Below are positions 1 through 8,700 of a stretch of DNA of 15,078 bases, one piece after another. Within the stretch, counting starts at the first letter, position 1; each line of letters begins with the position of its first letter. The notes beneath the pieces were generated by a model. It did no database searches, was not told where the DNA came from, and worked only from the letters and a program-made list of their open reading frames with translations. The translations under genes were made by a program, and so were the position numbers. This stretch comes from a virus (lineage: Duplodnaviria > Heunggongvirae > Uroviricota > Caudoviricetes), in the IMG/VR virus record IMGVR_UViG_3300049919_000280, positions 83,682 to 98,759 of that record; one strand, written 5' to 3'.

Positions 1-1
1 A

Positions 2-3000
2 GTAACATACAGCGCAATCACAAATGCCAATTGGATCGACAATACCAACGGAACACTTGATGATGTTGGCGTCATTACTCCTGATGACAGCACTTCAACT
101 AGACTAACTGCAACCACAACACTTGCTTCAACTCAGGTAAGGGCTTTATCACCAACGTTTTCCCTAGCAACTGCGACACAGTACACATACTCGACGTATG
201 TTAAAAAAGGGAACGTGCGGTATGTGTTTATCACAACAACTGGGTCGGCATATACAGGAACAGACCCTGTTGCGTTCTTTGATTTAGATACAGGTCTCGT
301 TTCAACTTTGGGTGCAACTGCGACCGGTTCCACTATGATTAGTGTTGGTGGTGGATGGTATCGCTGCACAATGACTACCCTCGCAACCAATGCGGCTGCT
401 TCCGAATCATTTATGTTTGGTCACACCACAACAGCTGGATCACAAACCCATAATGCAACCGATGGAGATTACACTTATTTCTGGGGTGCTCAGGTTGAAT
501 CTGGGGTTTCCGCAACCTCATATATTCCGACAACAACCATCGCAGTATTAAGATCGGCTGATGTTTTCACCTCAACTACAGGAAACCGTGCTGCCGATCT
601 TCCTACTATGATAGGTGCAAACTTCTCGGATTGGTATAACCAGTCAGAGGGGACTTTCGTTATCGAAGGTGGTAGTCCTGTTGGCGCAGTGAATAGCACA
701 AGATACCTAGTTGCGTCTGATGGTACTAACAACGAAAGATTGATATGCTACGGATCGAGTGGCGTGACCTCAATTTCAGGTGGTATAACAGTTGGCGGAA
801 CAACCGGTTCTGGTGCAGATGATGCGCTTTCATATGTTGGGCGTGCTTATGCATATAAGTTTAATGATGCCGCATGGAGTAAGGATGGTGCTGCTGTCGG
901 GGTTGACGTTACGTTTCCACTACCTGTTGGGAATAATCAGCTTTTCATCGGTGGCAATTCTCCATACAGTTCGACAGCCAACCTGAATGGCCATATCTCG
1001 AAATTATCGTATTATCCTATTCGTCTTTCTGATGCTGATCTACAGACGGTCTCTGCGGGTGGTCTCATATATCAGACACCAAATATGATTCTTGATTTGT
1101 CTGCTGGCGATATGGGGGCCGAAGATTTGCATGTTCCTCTTATACCAAAGGTTGCTGCATACGATACGACAAAATCAAGTGTAACTTTCACTAGAGCATC
1201 GGTTGCAACATATTTCAATTATGCTGGAGACTTAAAGGTTGCTGATGTTAACCAACCGAGATTTGATTTTGATCCTGTTACAGGAGAGAGTCTTGGTCTG
1301 TTGGTTGAGGAAGGTCGAACTAACTCGATTTCCAACAATACTATGGTTGGTGTTGTTGCTGGAACACCAGGAACACGCCCAACTGGCTGGAGCTTGGGTG
1401 CACTGACTGGATGTTCTATCAATTACGTTGGAACTGGTGTAGAGGATGGTATAAATTATGTTGATGTGCAGCTAGTTGGCACCCCTTCGGTTTCTTCTGG
1501 AGACCTTTGCTTATTCAACGTTTATACTACAGTTGCAGCTGTATCCGGACAATCATGGGCAGGTAGTGCCTTTGTCTCGCTCATTGGAGGCACGACAGCC
1601 AACGTATCAGTTTCAAATTTGATTTTAACAGAACGTAATTCTGGTGGTACCGGTCTTGCTAGCATAAGCACATCAGTGCCGCTAACTATGGGAGAGTTGC
1701 ATACTCGTAGAATTGAAGCCCTGCGAACATTTAATCAAGCCACAACAGCGTATGCGACTCTTGGTTTGACCGCTAGTGTGAGCATCGGTCTTCCTGTTGA
1801 TATCACCCTTCGCATCGGCATGCCTCAACTTGAACTAGGTGCCTTCGTCACCTCTGTTATTCCAACAACAACTGCTGCTCTTGCACGTTCAGCTGATGCA
1901 GCCATCATGACTGGGACTAACTTCTCGGATTGGTATAATCAGGATGAGGGGACTTTCGTGTTTGAAGGTGATATTCCGATTGTGACTGGTGATGCTACCC
2001 CTAGGGTTTTGTATGGGGTTGGTGATCCTGCAGTTGCTTTCGGTGTTGGTGAGACAATGTATGTTAGTAGGCAGGCTGGAGGTCCAAACGCAGGCGTAAG
2101 CGTGCTTGACGGCGGATTGGCTCAGTTTTCTGCGGCAGGTTTTGCTTTAGATGCATCAAATACGTTCAAGCATTGTTTTACATATAAGTTAGATAGTTTT
2201 GCTGCATCACTTAATGGTTCCACCCCTTCTGTAGATTTTGTCGGAACCCTCCCATTACCAACAGTTTTAGCGATTTGTGGTGGTAACAGCCTTTGGACTG
2301 GCGCATCGTCATCTGTCAACACCAATGGTCATGCAACTAGACTAACGTATTATCCAAAACGACTAACAGACGAACAAATCCAAACCATTTCTGGTGGTGG
2401 TGTGGTTTATGCAACCCCATCAATGTCACTAGACTTCTCGTTGGGAAGCTTGTTTGAAACTGATGTGTCCGCCCCTGCCTTGGTGTCTTCGCCAACGGCA
2501 ATCGATTCGACCGGCGTGACCTTCACTAGGGATAGCATTGGAACATATTTTGATGCTGATGGAGTGATGCAAGTTGCTGTGGTGAACGAGCCTAGATTCG
2601 ATCATGATCCGGTCACGAAGGCAAGCCTTGGGTTGATGGTTGAGGAGAGTCGGGCTAACTTGCTGACTTATTCTTCCGATATTGATAATGCTGTTTGGGT
2701 TAAGACCACTGCTAGCATAACAACAAATGCGGCGACTGCACCTGACGGCACATTGACTGCGGATAAGCACATCAATACAAACGTTGCTGGCCCTGGCTTT
2801 GCTGCGCAGTCTGTTAGTTTTACGTCTGGAACAACCTATTGCTATTCGGCATATGTGAAGAAGGTCGACTCTGTGGATAGCGTAGCCATTCTACTGCCTA
2901 GTGCAGCGTTTACTAGCAATGTGAATATAACATTCGCCTTTTCAACAGAAACGGTTTTACCCGCGACGGCTGGTGCAGGTACGATCACTGCATCCGGCTT

Positions 3001-4138
3001 TAATAAACTAAGCGATGGGTGGTATAGGATTTGGTTTACATCCCCTGCTACAGCAAATGCATCAGGCGGAGTACAACTTCATCAGACAGTGTTTGGTGAT
3101 GGAACCTCTGGTGTGTATATCTGGGGCGCACAACTAGAAGCCGGTGCATTCCCAACCTCCTACATTCCAACATCCTCTGTCTCAATTCCTCGCTCTGCAG
3201 ACCTAGCAAATATGGTCGGGACAAACTTCTCTGATTGGTATAACCAGATTGAGGGGACGTTTGTTGCTGAGTTCAAAAACGGCAAAGATTTATTGTCCAC
3301 GGTAGTTATGGCAGCTTCAGATGGTACGAATGACAACATAATATCCATCGTCGGCACAAACAGCGGAGGAACTGGTCCATACGGAGAAGCTGTTGTTGCC
3401 ACCGTGGCACAAGCTACACTGACAGATGGAGTGGCAATTGCAGATACTAGCTATATCACTGTTCTTGGTTATAAGTTAAATGATTTTTCCTTTTCAAGGG
3501 GAGGTCGCGTCAATGTTACGGATGCAGTTGGGACTCTACCAACATTATCACAACTTACAATAGGATGCCGCAATTTGGCCGGTGCCTTCCTAAACGGAAC
3601 GATATCTCGCTTAGCATACTACCCAACGAGACTTTCTGACACCGATATAAGAACTCTCTCTGGTGGTGGAAATGTATCAGAAGTTCCATCCATGATCCTA
3701 GATTTTTCTTTGGGTAATTTGAGTCTTGGTTTGAAGAGTTTCCAACTTCCTGACCCCAACACAAATATCCCAAACGGGTCGAGAGGCATCCTCAGTTATA
3801 ACCTATCATCGGATAACAATTCTGACGGTTACACCTCGATCAGAGACCATTCGTTGAAACTTCATAACTTGAGTTATTCAACATTGAGTCAGGTTATGAC
3901 GATAACTGTACTCGAACCGGATACTGACATCGCCGCAGTGGATTTCCTTGTCGGAAACAAGATTCGTGTTGAGTATATTTCTGGAAACGTCGGTGAATAT
4001 TTGCCAACCGGCCCACTAAAAATAGCTTCAGTCAACAACACAAACAAGACGATAACCATATCGATAGGCCCATCTGGAGCATATTCAGGTAAGTTGAATA
4101 TTCTGATACAAGACACCAAACGGTCTGGCTATAAATAA
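2..4138 (+). CDS. 5'-truncated large virion adhesin/structural protein (at least 1378 aa) with tandem modules of head-spike-fibre-like plus ConA/LamG-like domains; occupies the position upstream of gp8 where gp7 lies in T4
   Basis: The frame is open from base 2 (VTYSAITNANWIDNT...KKGNV) into the GTG at 215 that the track calls M, so the true start is upstream of the window. Recurring motifs are PxMxLD (1079, 2417, 3686), TFTRxS..YF..PRFDxDPVT..SLGLxVEExRxN (modules 2 and 3), (WGA/MP)QxExG..xTSxIPT..RSAD, NFSDWYNQxEGTFV and NGxxxxLxYYPxRL(S/T)D. Stop is TAA at 4136-4138. Confidence 0.85.
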   Translation, partial: VTYSAITNANWIDNTNGTLDDVGVITPDDSTSTRLTATTTLASTQVRALSPTFSLATATQYTYSTYVKKGNVRYVFITTTGSAYTGTDPVAFFDLDTGLVSTLGATATGSTMISVGGGWYRCTMTTLATNAAASESFMFGHTTTAGSQTHNATDGDYTYFWGAQVESGVSATSYIPTTTIAVLRSADVFTSTTGNRAADLPTMIGANFSDWYNQSEGTFVIEGGSPVGAVNSTRYLVASDGTNNERLICYGSSGVTSISGGITVGGTTGSGADDALSYVGRAYAYKFNDAAWSKDGAAVGVDVTFPLPVGNNQLFIGGNSPYSSTANLNGHISKLSYYPIRLSDADLQTVSAGGLIYQTPNMILDLSAGDMGAEDLHVPLIPKVAAYDTTKSSVTFTRASVATYFNYAGDLKVADVNQPRFDFDPVTGESLGLLVEEGRTNSISNNTMVGVVAGTPGTRPTGWSLGALTGCSINYVGTGVEDGINYVDVQLVGTPSVSSGDLCLFNVYTTVAAVSGQSWAGSAFVSLIGGTTANVSVSNLILTERNSGGTGLASISTSVPLTMGELHTRRIEALRTFNQATTAYATLGLTASVSIGLPVDITLRIGMPQLELGAFVTSVIPTTTAALARSADAAIMTGTNFSDWYNQDEGTFVFEGDIPIVTGDATPRVLYGVGDPAVAFGVGETMYVSRQAGGPNAGVSVLDGGLAQFSAAGFALDASNTFKHCFTYKLDSFAASLNGSTPSVDFVGTLPLPTVLAICGGNSLWTGASSSVNTNGHATRLTYYPKRLTDEQIQTISGGGVVYATPSMSLDFSLGSLFETDVSAPALVSSPTAIDSTGVTFTRDSIGTYFDADGVMQVAVVNEPRFDHDPVTKASLGLMVEESRANLLTYSSDIDNAVWVKTTASITTNAATAPDGTLTADKHINTNVAGPGFAAQSVSFTSGTTYCYSAYVKKVDSVDSVAILLPSAAFTSNVNITFAFSTETVLPATAGAGTITASGFNKLSDGWYRIWFTSPATANASGGVQLHQTVFGDGTSGVYIWGAQLEAGAFPTSYIPTSSVSIPRSADLANMVGTNFSDWYNQIEGTFVAEFKNGKDLLSTVVMAASDGTNDNIISIVGTNSGGTGPYGEAVVATVAQATLTDGVAIADTSYITVLGYKLNDFSFSRGGRVNVTDAVGTLPTLSQLTIGCRNLAGAFLNGTISRLAYYPTRLSDTDIRTLSGGGNVSEVPSMILDFSLGNLSLGLKSFQLPDPNTNIPNGSRGILSYNLSSDNNSDGYTSIRDHSLKLHNLSYSTLSQVMTITVLEPDTDIAAVDFLVGNKIRVEYISGNVGEYLPTGPLKIASVNNTNKTITISIGPSGAYSGKLNILIQDTKRSGYK
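620..661 (+). repeat. Module junction anchor, copy 1 (encodes NFSDWYNQSEGTFV)
   Basis: aacttctcggattggtataaccagtcagaggggactttcgtt; 37/42 nt identical to copy 2 and 36/42 to copy 3 by manual alignment. Confidence 0.9.
1919..1960 (+). repeat. Module junction anchor, copy 2 (encodes NFSDWYNQDEGTFV)
   Basis: aacttctcggattggtataatcaggatgaggggactttcgtg; 1299 nt (433 codons) after copy 1. Confidence 0.9.
3224..3265 (+). repeat. Module junction anchor, copy 3 (encodes NFSDWYNQIEGTFV)
   Basis: aacttctctgattggtataaccagattgaggggacgtttgtt; 1305 nt (435 codons) after copy 2. Confidence 0.9.
4130..4137 (+). promoter_or_regulatory. T4-type late promoter (gp55 sigma -10 element, TATAAATA) upstream of the gp8-like gene
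   Basis: Exact TATAAATA overlapping the last codons of the upstream gene (TAT AAA TAA), about 40 nt before the ATG at 4177, in a late structural-gene context. I found no other exact match when reading the + strand. Confidence 0.75.
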
Positions 4139-4165
4139 TTGATTAAGACCATCCAAATTAAGTCC

Positions 4166-4169
4166 GGAG
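4166..4169 (+). promoter_or_regulatory. Shine-Dalgarno site (GGAG) for the gp8-like gene
   Basis: tccGGAGatagcacATG, 7 nt spacing. Confidence 0.7.
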
Positions 4170-4176
4170 ATAGCAC

Positions 4177-5712
4177 ATGGCAGCAATCATTCGCAATTCA
4201 GTAAGATCGAATCTGATTTTGAATTTCATAGACTCACTGACAGAAGATGTTGGTATCCCTAGGAATACCCTTTATATGGGGATCGGAAGACCACAAAAAT
4301 GGGATATTACTGCTGATAGTGATGATGCTATCCCGACACCGTATAACAACATCTCATCCGAAACCGAAGATTGGGATGATTTGATGACGCTTAAGCGACT
4401 AACAAAGAGTGATGTTTCTGTCGGCATCGACGTTCGTCGTTGGGTGCCGAATACCGAATATGATGTTTATCGTCACAACTGGAACGGAAATATCGCAGGG
4501 GTTGATGGTAGTAAACCATTAGATATATCAGAATCTGCATATTATGTGATCACTGCAAACTATGATGTTTACATATGTATTAGCAATAACAAGGATTCGA
4601 GCAATGATTTGGTTCCGCCTAGCACGCAATCCCCTTCTCTTGGTACTGCCTTAGCAGCAGGGGCAACCAACTTCGTCAACACTGCGTCCTTGTTCAAAAC
4701 GTCTGATGGATATATTTGGAAAAAAATTGCGGTTACCTCTGCACAGGACGTTGTTAAATTTGCTTCGAGCGATTTCCATCCAACAAAAACTTTGAAGACT
4801 GATCCGGGTATTTCTGATTATTATCAGGATCAGTGGGTTCGCCAAATCAATTCTAAGATGCATGCTGGTGGGATATATTCTATCGTCCTAAATTCTCGTG
4901 GTGCTGGTATGAGTTGGACCGGAGAAGTTCATATCCAGAACGCAGCAGCCGGTACCGAAGCTTTAGACGGTTCTGGCACATCAAAGGTAACCATTGTTGG
5001 GGATGGTGCAGGATTGCAGTTTATCGCAAGTTTTACAAACAACACACTACAAAACATAATTATCACGAACCCTGGTGCCGGATACACCTTTGCCAAACTC
5101 ACTGTTGTTGGTGCGTCATCGCAACCGTTATATGACATCATATTTACTCCGCTTAGGGGTCTTGGCGTCGATCCAGTGAAGGATTTGTCTTCGCATAACC
5201 TCATTGTAAATACCAGAATGGAGTATGACGGAGGCACTGAAACAGGTGAACTGTTCGCTAAGGAATTGACTGTAACAAACGAATACCGAAAGGTTTCTTT
5301 GTTTTACAATCCACTCAACTCTGGTGGCGCAAGTAAGGCTACATCAACATACATGAATAATACATATTACATGACCGTTACCAGTATAACCAACGTTGAA
5401 GAAGATGACATCATCACTGTAGGGGGTCCGGGTGGCGTGAAGGGCATCGTGGTTGATGCTGGAACAGCTGGGGTAAACAATCATATTAGGGTTATAAAAA
5501 CATCGTTTGAAGGCTCAACGAGTAGCTCTCCATCACAAGACTTCACGACAACCACGTTCACTACTACCTCTGGTGGTTCTGGCACCATAACAGCAATCGA
5601 TTTCCCAGAGCTTGAGCGTGGTTCTGGTGATGTTATATATTCAGACTACCGCAGGCCAATTGCCAGAGACCTTAGCCAATCGGAAGACATAAAAATCGTC
5701 ATAGAATTTTAA
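4177..5712 (+). CDS. gp8: Baseplate wedge subunit, T4 gp8-like (long ~500 aa form typical of cyanophage/environmental T4-like phages)
   Basis: 511 aa with an SD site and an upstream late promoter. Motifs match gp8 as I recall it: MAAII..R..NF, LYMGIGRPQKW, WDDLMTLKRL..SDV, RRWVPNTEYDVYRH, YYVITANYDVYICISN, DGYIWK, and C-terminal SGDVIYSDYRRPIARDLSQSEDIKIVIEF. Confidence 0.88.
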   Translation: MAAIIRNSVRSNLILNFIDSLTEDVGIPRNTLYMGIGRPQKWDITADSDDAIPTPYNNISSETEDWDDLMTLKRLTKSDVSVGIDVRRWVPNTEYDVYRHNWNGNIAGVDGSKPLDISESAYYVITANYDVYICISNNKDSSNDLVPPSTQSPSLGTALAAGATNFVNTASLFKTSDGYIWKKIAVTSAQDVVKFASSDFHPTKTLKTDPGISDYYQDQWVRQINSKMHAGGIYSIVLNSRGAGMSWTGEVHIQNAAAGTEALDGSGTSKVTIVGDGAGLQFIASFTNNTLQNIIITNPGAGYTFAKLTVVGASSQPLYDIIFTPLRGLGVDPVKDLSSHNLIVNTRMEYDGGTETGELFAKELTVTNEYRKVSLFYNPLNSGGASKATSTYMNNTYYMTVTSITNVEEDDIITVGGPGGVKGIVVDAGTAGVNNHIRVIKTSFEGSTSSSPSQDFTTTTFTTTSGGSGTITAIDFPELERGSGDVIYSDYRRPIARDLSQSEDIKIVIEF

Positions 5713-5755
5713 TGTATGTTGGAAATAACATTAGCTAGATACCATATCAAATATC

Positions 5756-5759
5756 AGGA
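5756..5759 (+). promoter_or_regulatory. Shine-Dalgarno site (AGGA) for the DUF4815 gene
   Basis: atcAGGAatacaccaATG, 8 nt spacing. Confidence 0.6.
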
Positions 5760-5767
5760 ATACACCA

Positions 5768-8700
5768 ATGACAATTAACACCAACATATACCCATACTAC
5801 AGCGATCAAGACGATAGCAAGAATTTTCATCAAATTCTCTTCGTCCCCGGTCGTGCGGTTCAGGCCCGTGAACTTACTCAGATGCAGACCATCTTGCAAG
5901 AGCAAATTGCTCGGCATGGTAATCATGTGTTTAAGAATGGTACGATGGTTATTCCCGGTCATATTTTCTATGATTCAGATGTCATCTATGTAAAACTCAA
6001 CAAGACATATAATGGTGTACAATCAGACACCTTCATCGAACAACTGGTAGGAACTGAGGCTGTTGGTGGTACGTCAAAGGTTTATGCAAAAGTCGTTCAC
6101 GTTGCAAAAAGTTCTGGTAATGATCTACCCACTCTTTTTATTAAATATACGAAAGCTGGAGAGGGCACAGGGAAGAGTGTGTTCTCCACTTCAGAGGTTC
6201 TTACTTTCACCGAATTTCCATCAATTTCAGCACAGATTGAGTCTGGGACTGGATATTCTGGAAAAGCTGCTCTTGCCACCATTAATGAAGGCGTTTATTT
6301 CGTTAATGGATATTTCGTTCAGGTAGCCAAAACTACGATTATCGCGGCAAAATATTCCAACACACCAAGCTGCAAAATCGGTCTTGAAATTGTTGAGGAT
6401 ATCGTTACCGAGAACGAAGATTCCACTCTACTAGACCCTGCTCAGGGGTTCTCAAACTTCACCGCACCGGGGGCACACAGATTAAGAATCCAGTTGAATT
6501 TAGTATCAAGAGACGTTGACTTTGAGGCTCCAGATACAGGAAACGAAATTAAGTTTATCAGCCTCTTACAGGTTCGTAATGGTGCTATCCAATATAAGAA
6601 CAACGATACAGCTTATGTTGAGATGGAAAGAGTCCTAGCTCGCAGAACATTTGACGGGGCTGGTAATTTTATCGTAGATGCATTTGATCTTTCTGTTCGG
6701 AATTATCGTTCAAATAATCGCGGCACATGGGCCACTGGCACCACATATATGAAAGGCGATGTTGTTTCGTACTCGATTTCTGGTAAGTTATATTATTTTT
6801 ATGCTAGAGACACAGGGGTATCTGGAGCGACCCAACTATCGCAAACCTTCGGTACTCAATCTGACGGTGCTATATTTTGGACGCAGACATCAAAACCAAG
6901 TATTAATGACGGCTCGTTTCCAGTGGGTTCGGACTCGCTTGCAGTTCAACAGGCTAATGACGCAAAGATTTCCACTACCATAACTGATGGCAAGGCTTAT
7001 ATCTCTGGATTTGAGGTAGGTAAACCAGGGAAGACCCTAGTAACAATCGACAAGGCTAGGGAAAGCAAATTCGTTAATTCATCCCAAGTTTTTGCTCCTA
7101 GTGGAACCTTCGTGACGCTGTCTTCGATTACAGGCATGCCTGATATATCTTCATTCGAAAAATTAAATATCATAAACGTATCTGGGTCTGGGGTTATTGG
7201 AACCTGTCGGGTCAGAAACATCGTAGCGGATGGGTCACAATACAAGCTTTATATATTCGACATAAAGATGAATTCTCGTGCAGATTTCTCCCTTGAAGCT
7301 AAGTTTTTTAAAGACACTGCAACCTCTGGTTCCGATTTCACTGGAACGATTAAAACCGAAAAGTATCGTGTATCCGGATTGATTAACGTTGCTGGTGCTA
7401 CTGTAAGTGGTATTGGTTCCAACTTCGAGCTAGATTTGAAATCTGGTATGACCGTATATCTAAACAATTCGACATCAGCGGAAAAGAAGTATGTTTCATC
7501 AGTCAATTACGATCTGGAACAATTCACGATTTCCGTAGCTGGCACTGCAGCAATCAACATCACCTGCGATGTTGAATATATCGTTGTATCACAGAGTGAT
7601 GCAAACATCGTAAGAATGCCACACGAATACATCAAGTCACTTCGAAATTCATCTGGTGAATTGGCTCTGGATACACAATACGTTATCCATAGGTATTATG
7701 GAACGACAGGGGCTAAAACTGCAGGTACCGGTGAGAACTTCCTTACCCTTGGGCATGTTGGTGATGTTACTGTAACTGACTCAACCCATATCACTGTAAA
7801 CACTGGGCCTGCTATCGTTGCTGTCAGAAAATCAAACCTTGCAGCAAAGGAAAAATTTAAGACCCTCGCCACCAAGACAGTATATCTTTTTGATGACGGA
7901 ATTTATGCTACTGCGGCTAAGTCTGGGCTGATTACGTCTGCATACAATTCAAACAGCTTACGAGTCGAACTTACCGAGGCTGATATCGTTAGAATCGTTA
8001 ATATCTCCGCATCTGGTAGTTCATCACAAGCTTCATATGTTGCTGGCGGCGAAACAGATATAACTAAAACTGCCTCTTTGTGGGACGGGCAGACTCCTGA
8101 ATTTTATGATATCGGAGAGATCACATTCCGCAGCGCCCCAGCCCGTTGCACTAGGATAACATTTGAATATTTTGATCACTCAATCGGAGATTATTTCTCT
8201 GTCGATTCATATTCTAGCCTTCCATACGAGCAAATTCCTATATTCAAAACAGGTGGCGCATCATACAACCTCAGAGACTGCCTAGATTTCCGCCCTCGTG
8301 TTAGTGATGACGGCTCTGGGTTTACTGGGATTGGTTCGGTGGCTGGTGAAGTTATAACCGCAGGGGATGTTATCACCTTCGATTATAGTTACTACCTACC
8401 TAGGGTCGATAAAGTTGTCTTAACAAAGGGGGGTGAGATTAATGTTATAAAGGGAGTCGCATCGGATGAACCGACACCACCAAAATCCCCAGATGAAGCA
8501 TTAGACCTTTATACCGTATATCTGGCTCCATACACAATTAATGCATCTAAGGATAACATAGCCTTCTCCAAGAATGATCATCGTGGCTACACGATGAAAG
8601 ATATTAGCGCATTGGAATCTAGATTGTCTAACGTAGAGGAATATATGACGTTGACCTTGCTAGAAAAGCAGACTGCTGACTTATCGGTTGTGGATAAATT

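Noticed and set aside
215-217. GTG start at 215 given in the ORF track
   Set aside because: The frame is open back to base 2 and the upstream translation continues the module motifs (YTYSTYVKKG), so the gene starts before the window.
4142-4165. Direct repeat attaagacc / attaagtcc between the late promoter and the gp8 SD site
   Set aside because: 9 nt with one mismatch in AT-rich intergenic DNA; compatible with chance.
5716-5731. Small hairpin ATGTT-GGAAAT-AACAT in the gp8-DUF4815 intergenic region
   Set aside because: Only a 5-bp AT-rich stem with no U-tract; too weak to call a terminator or operator.
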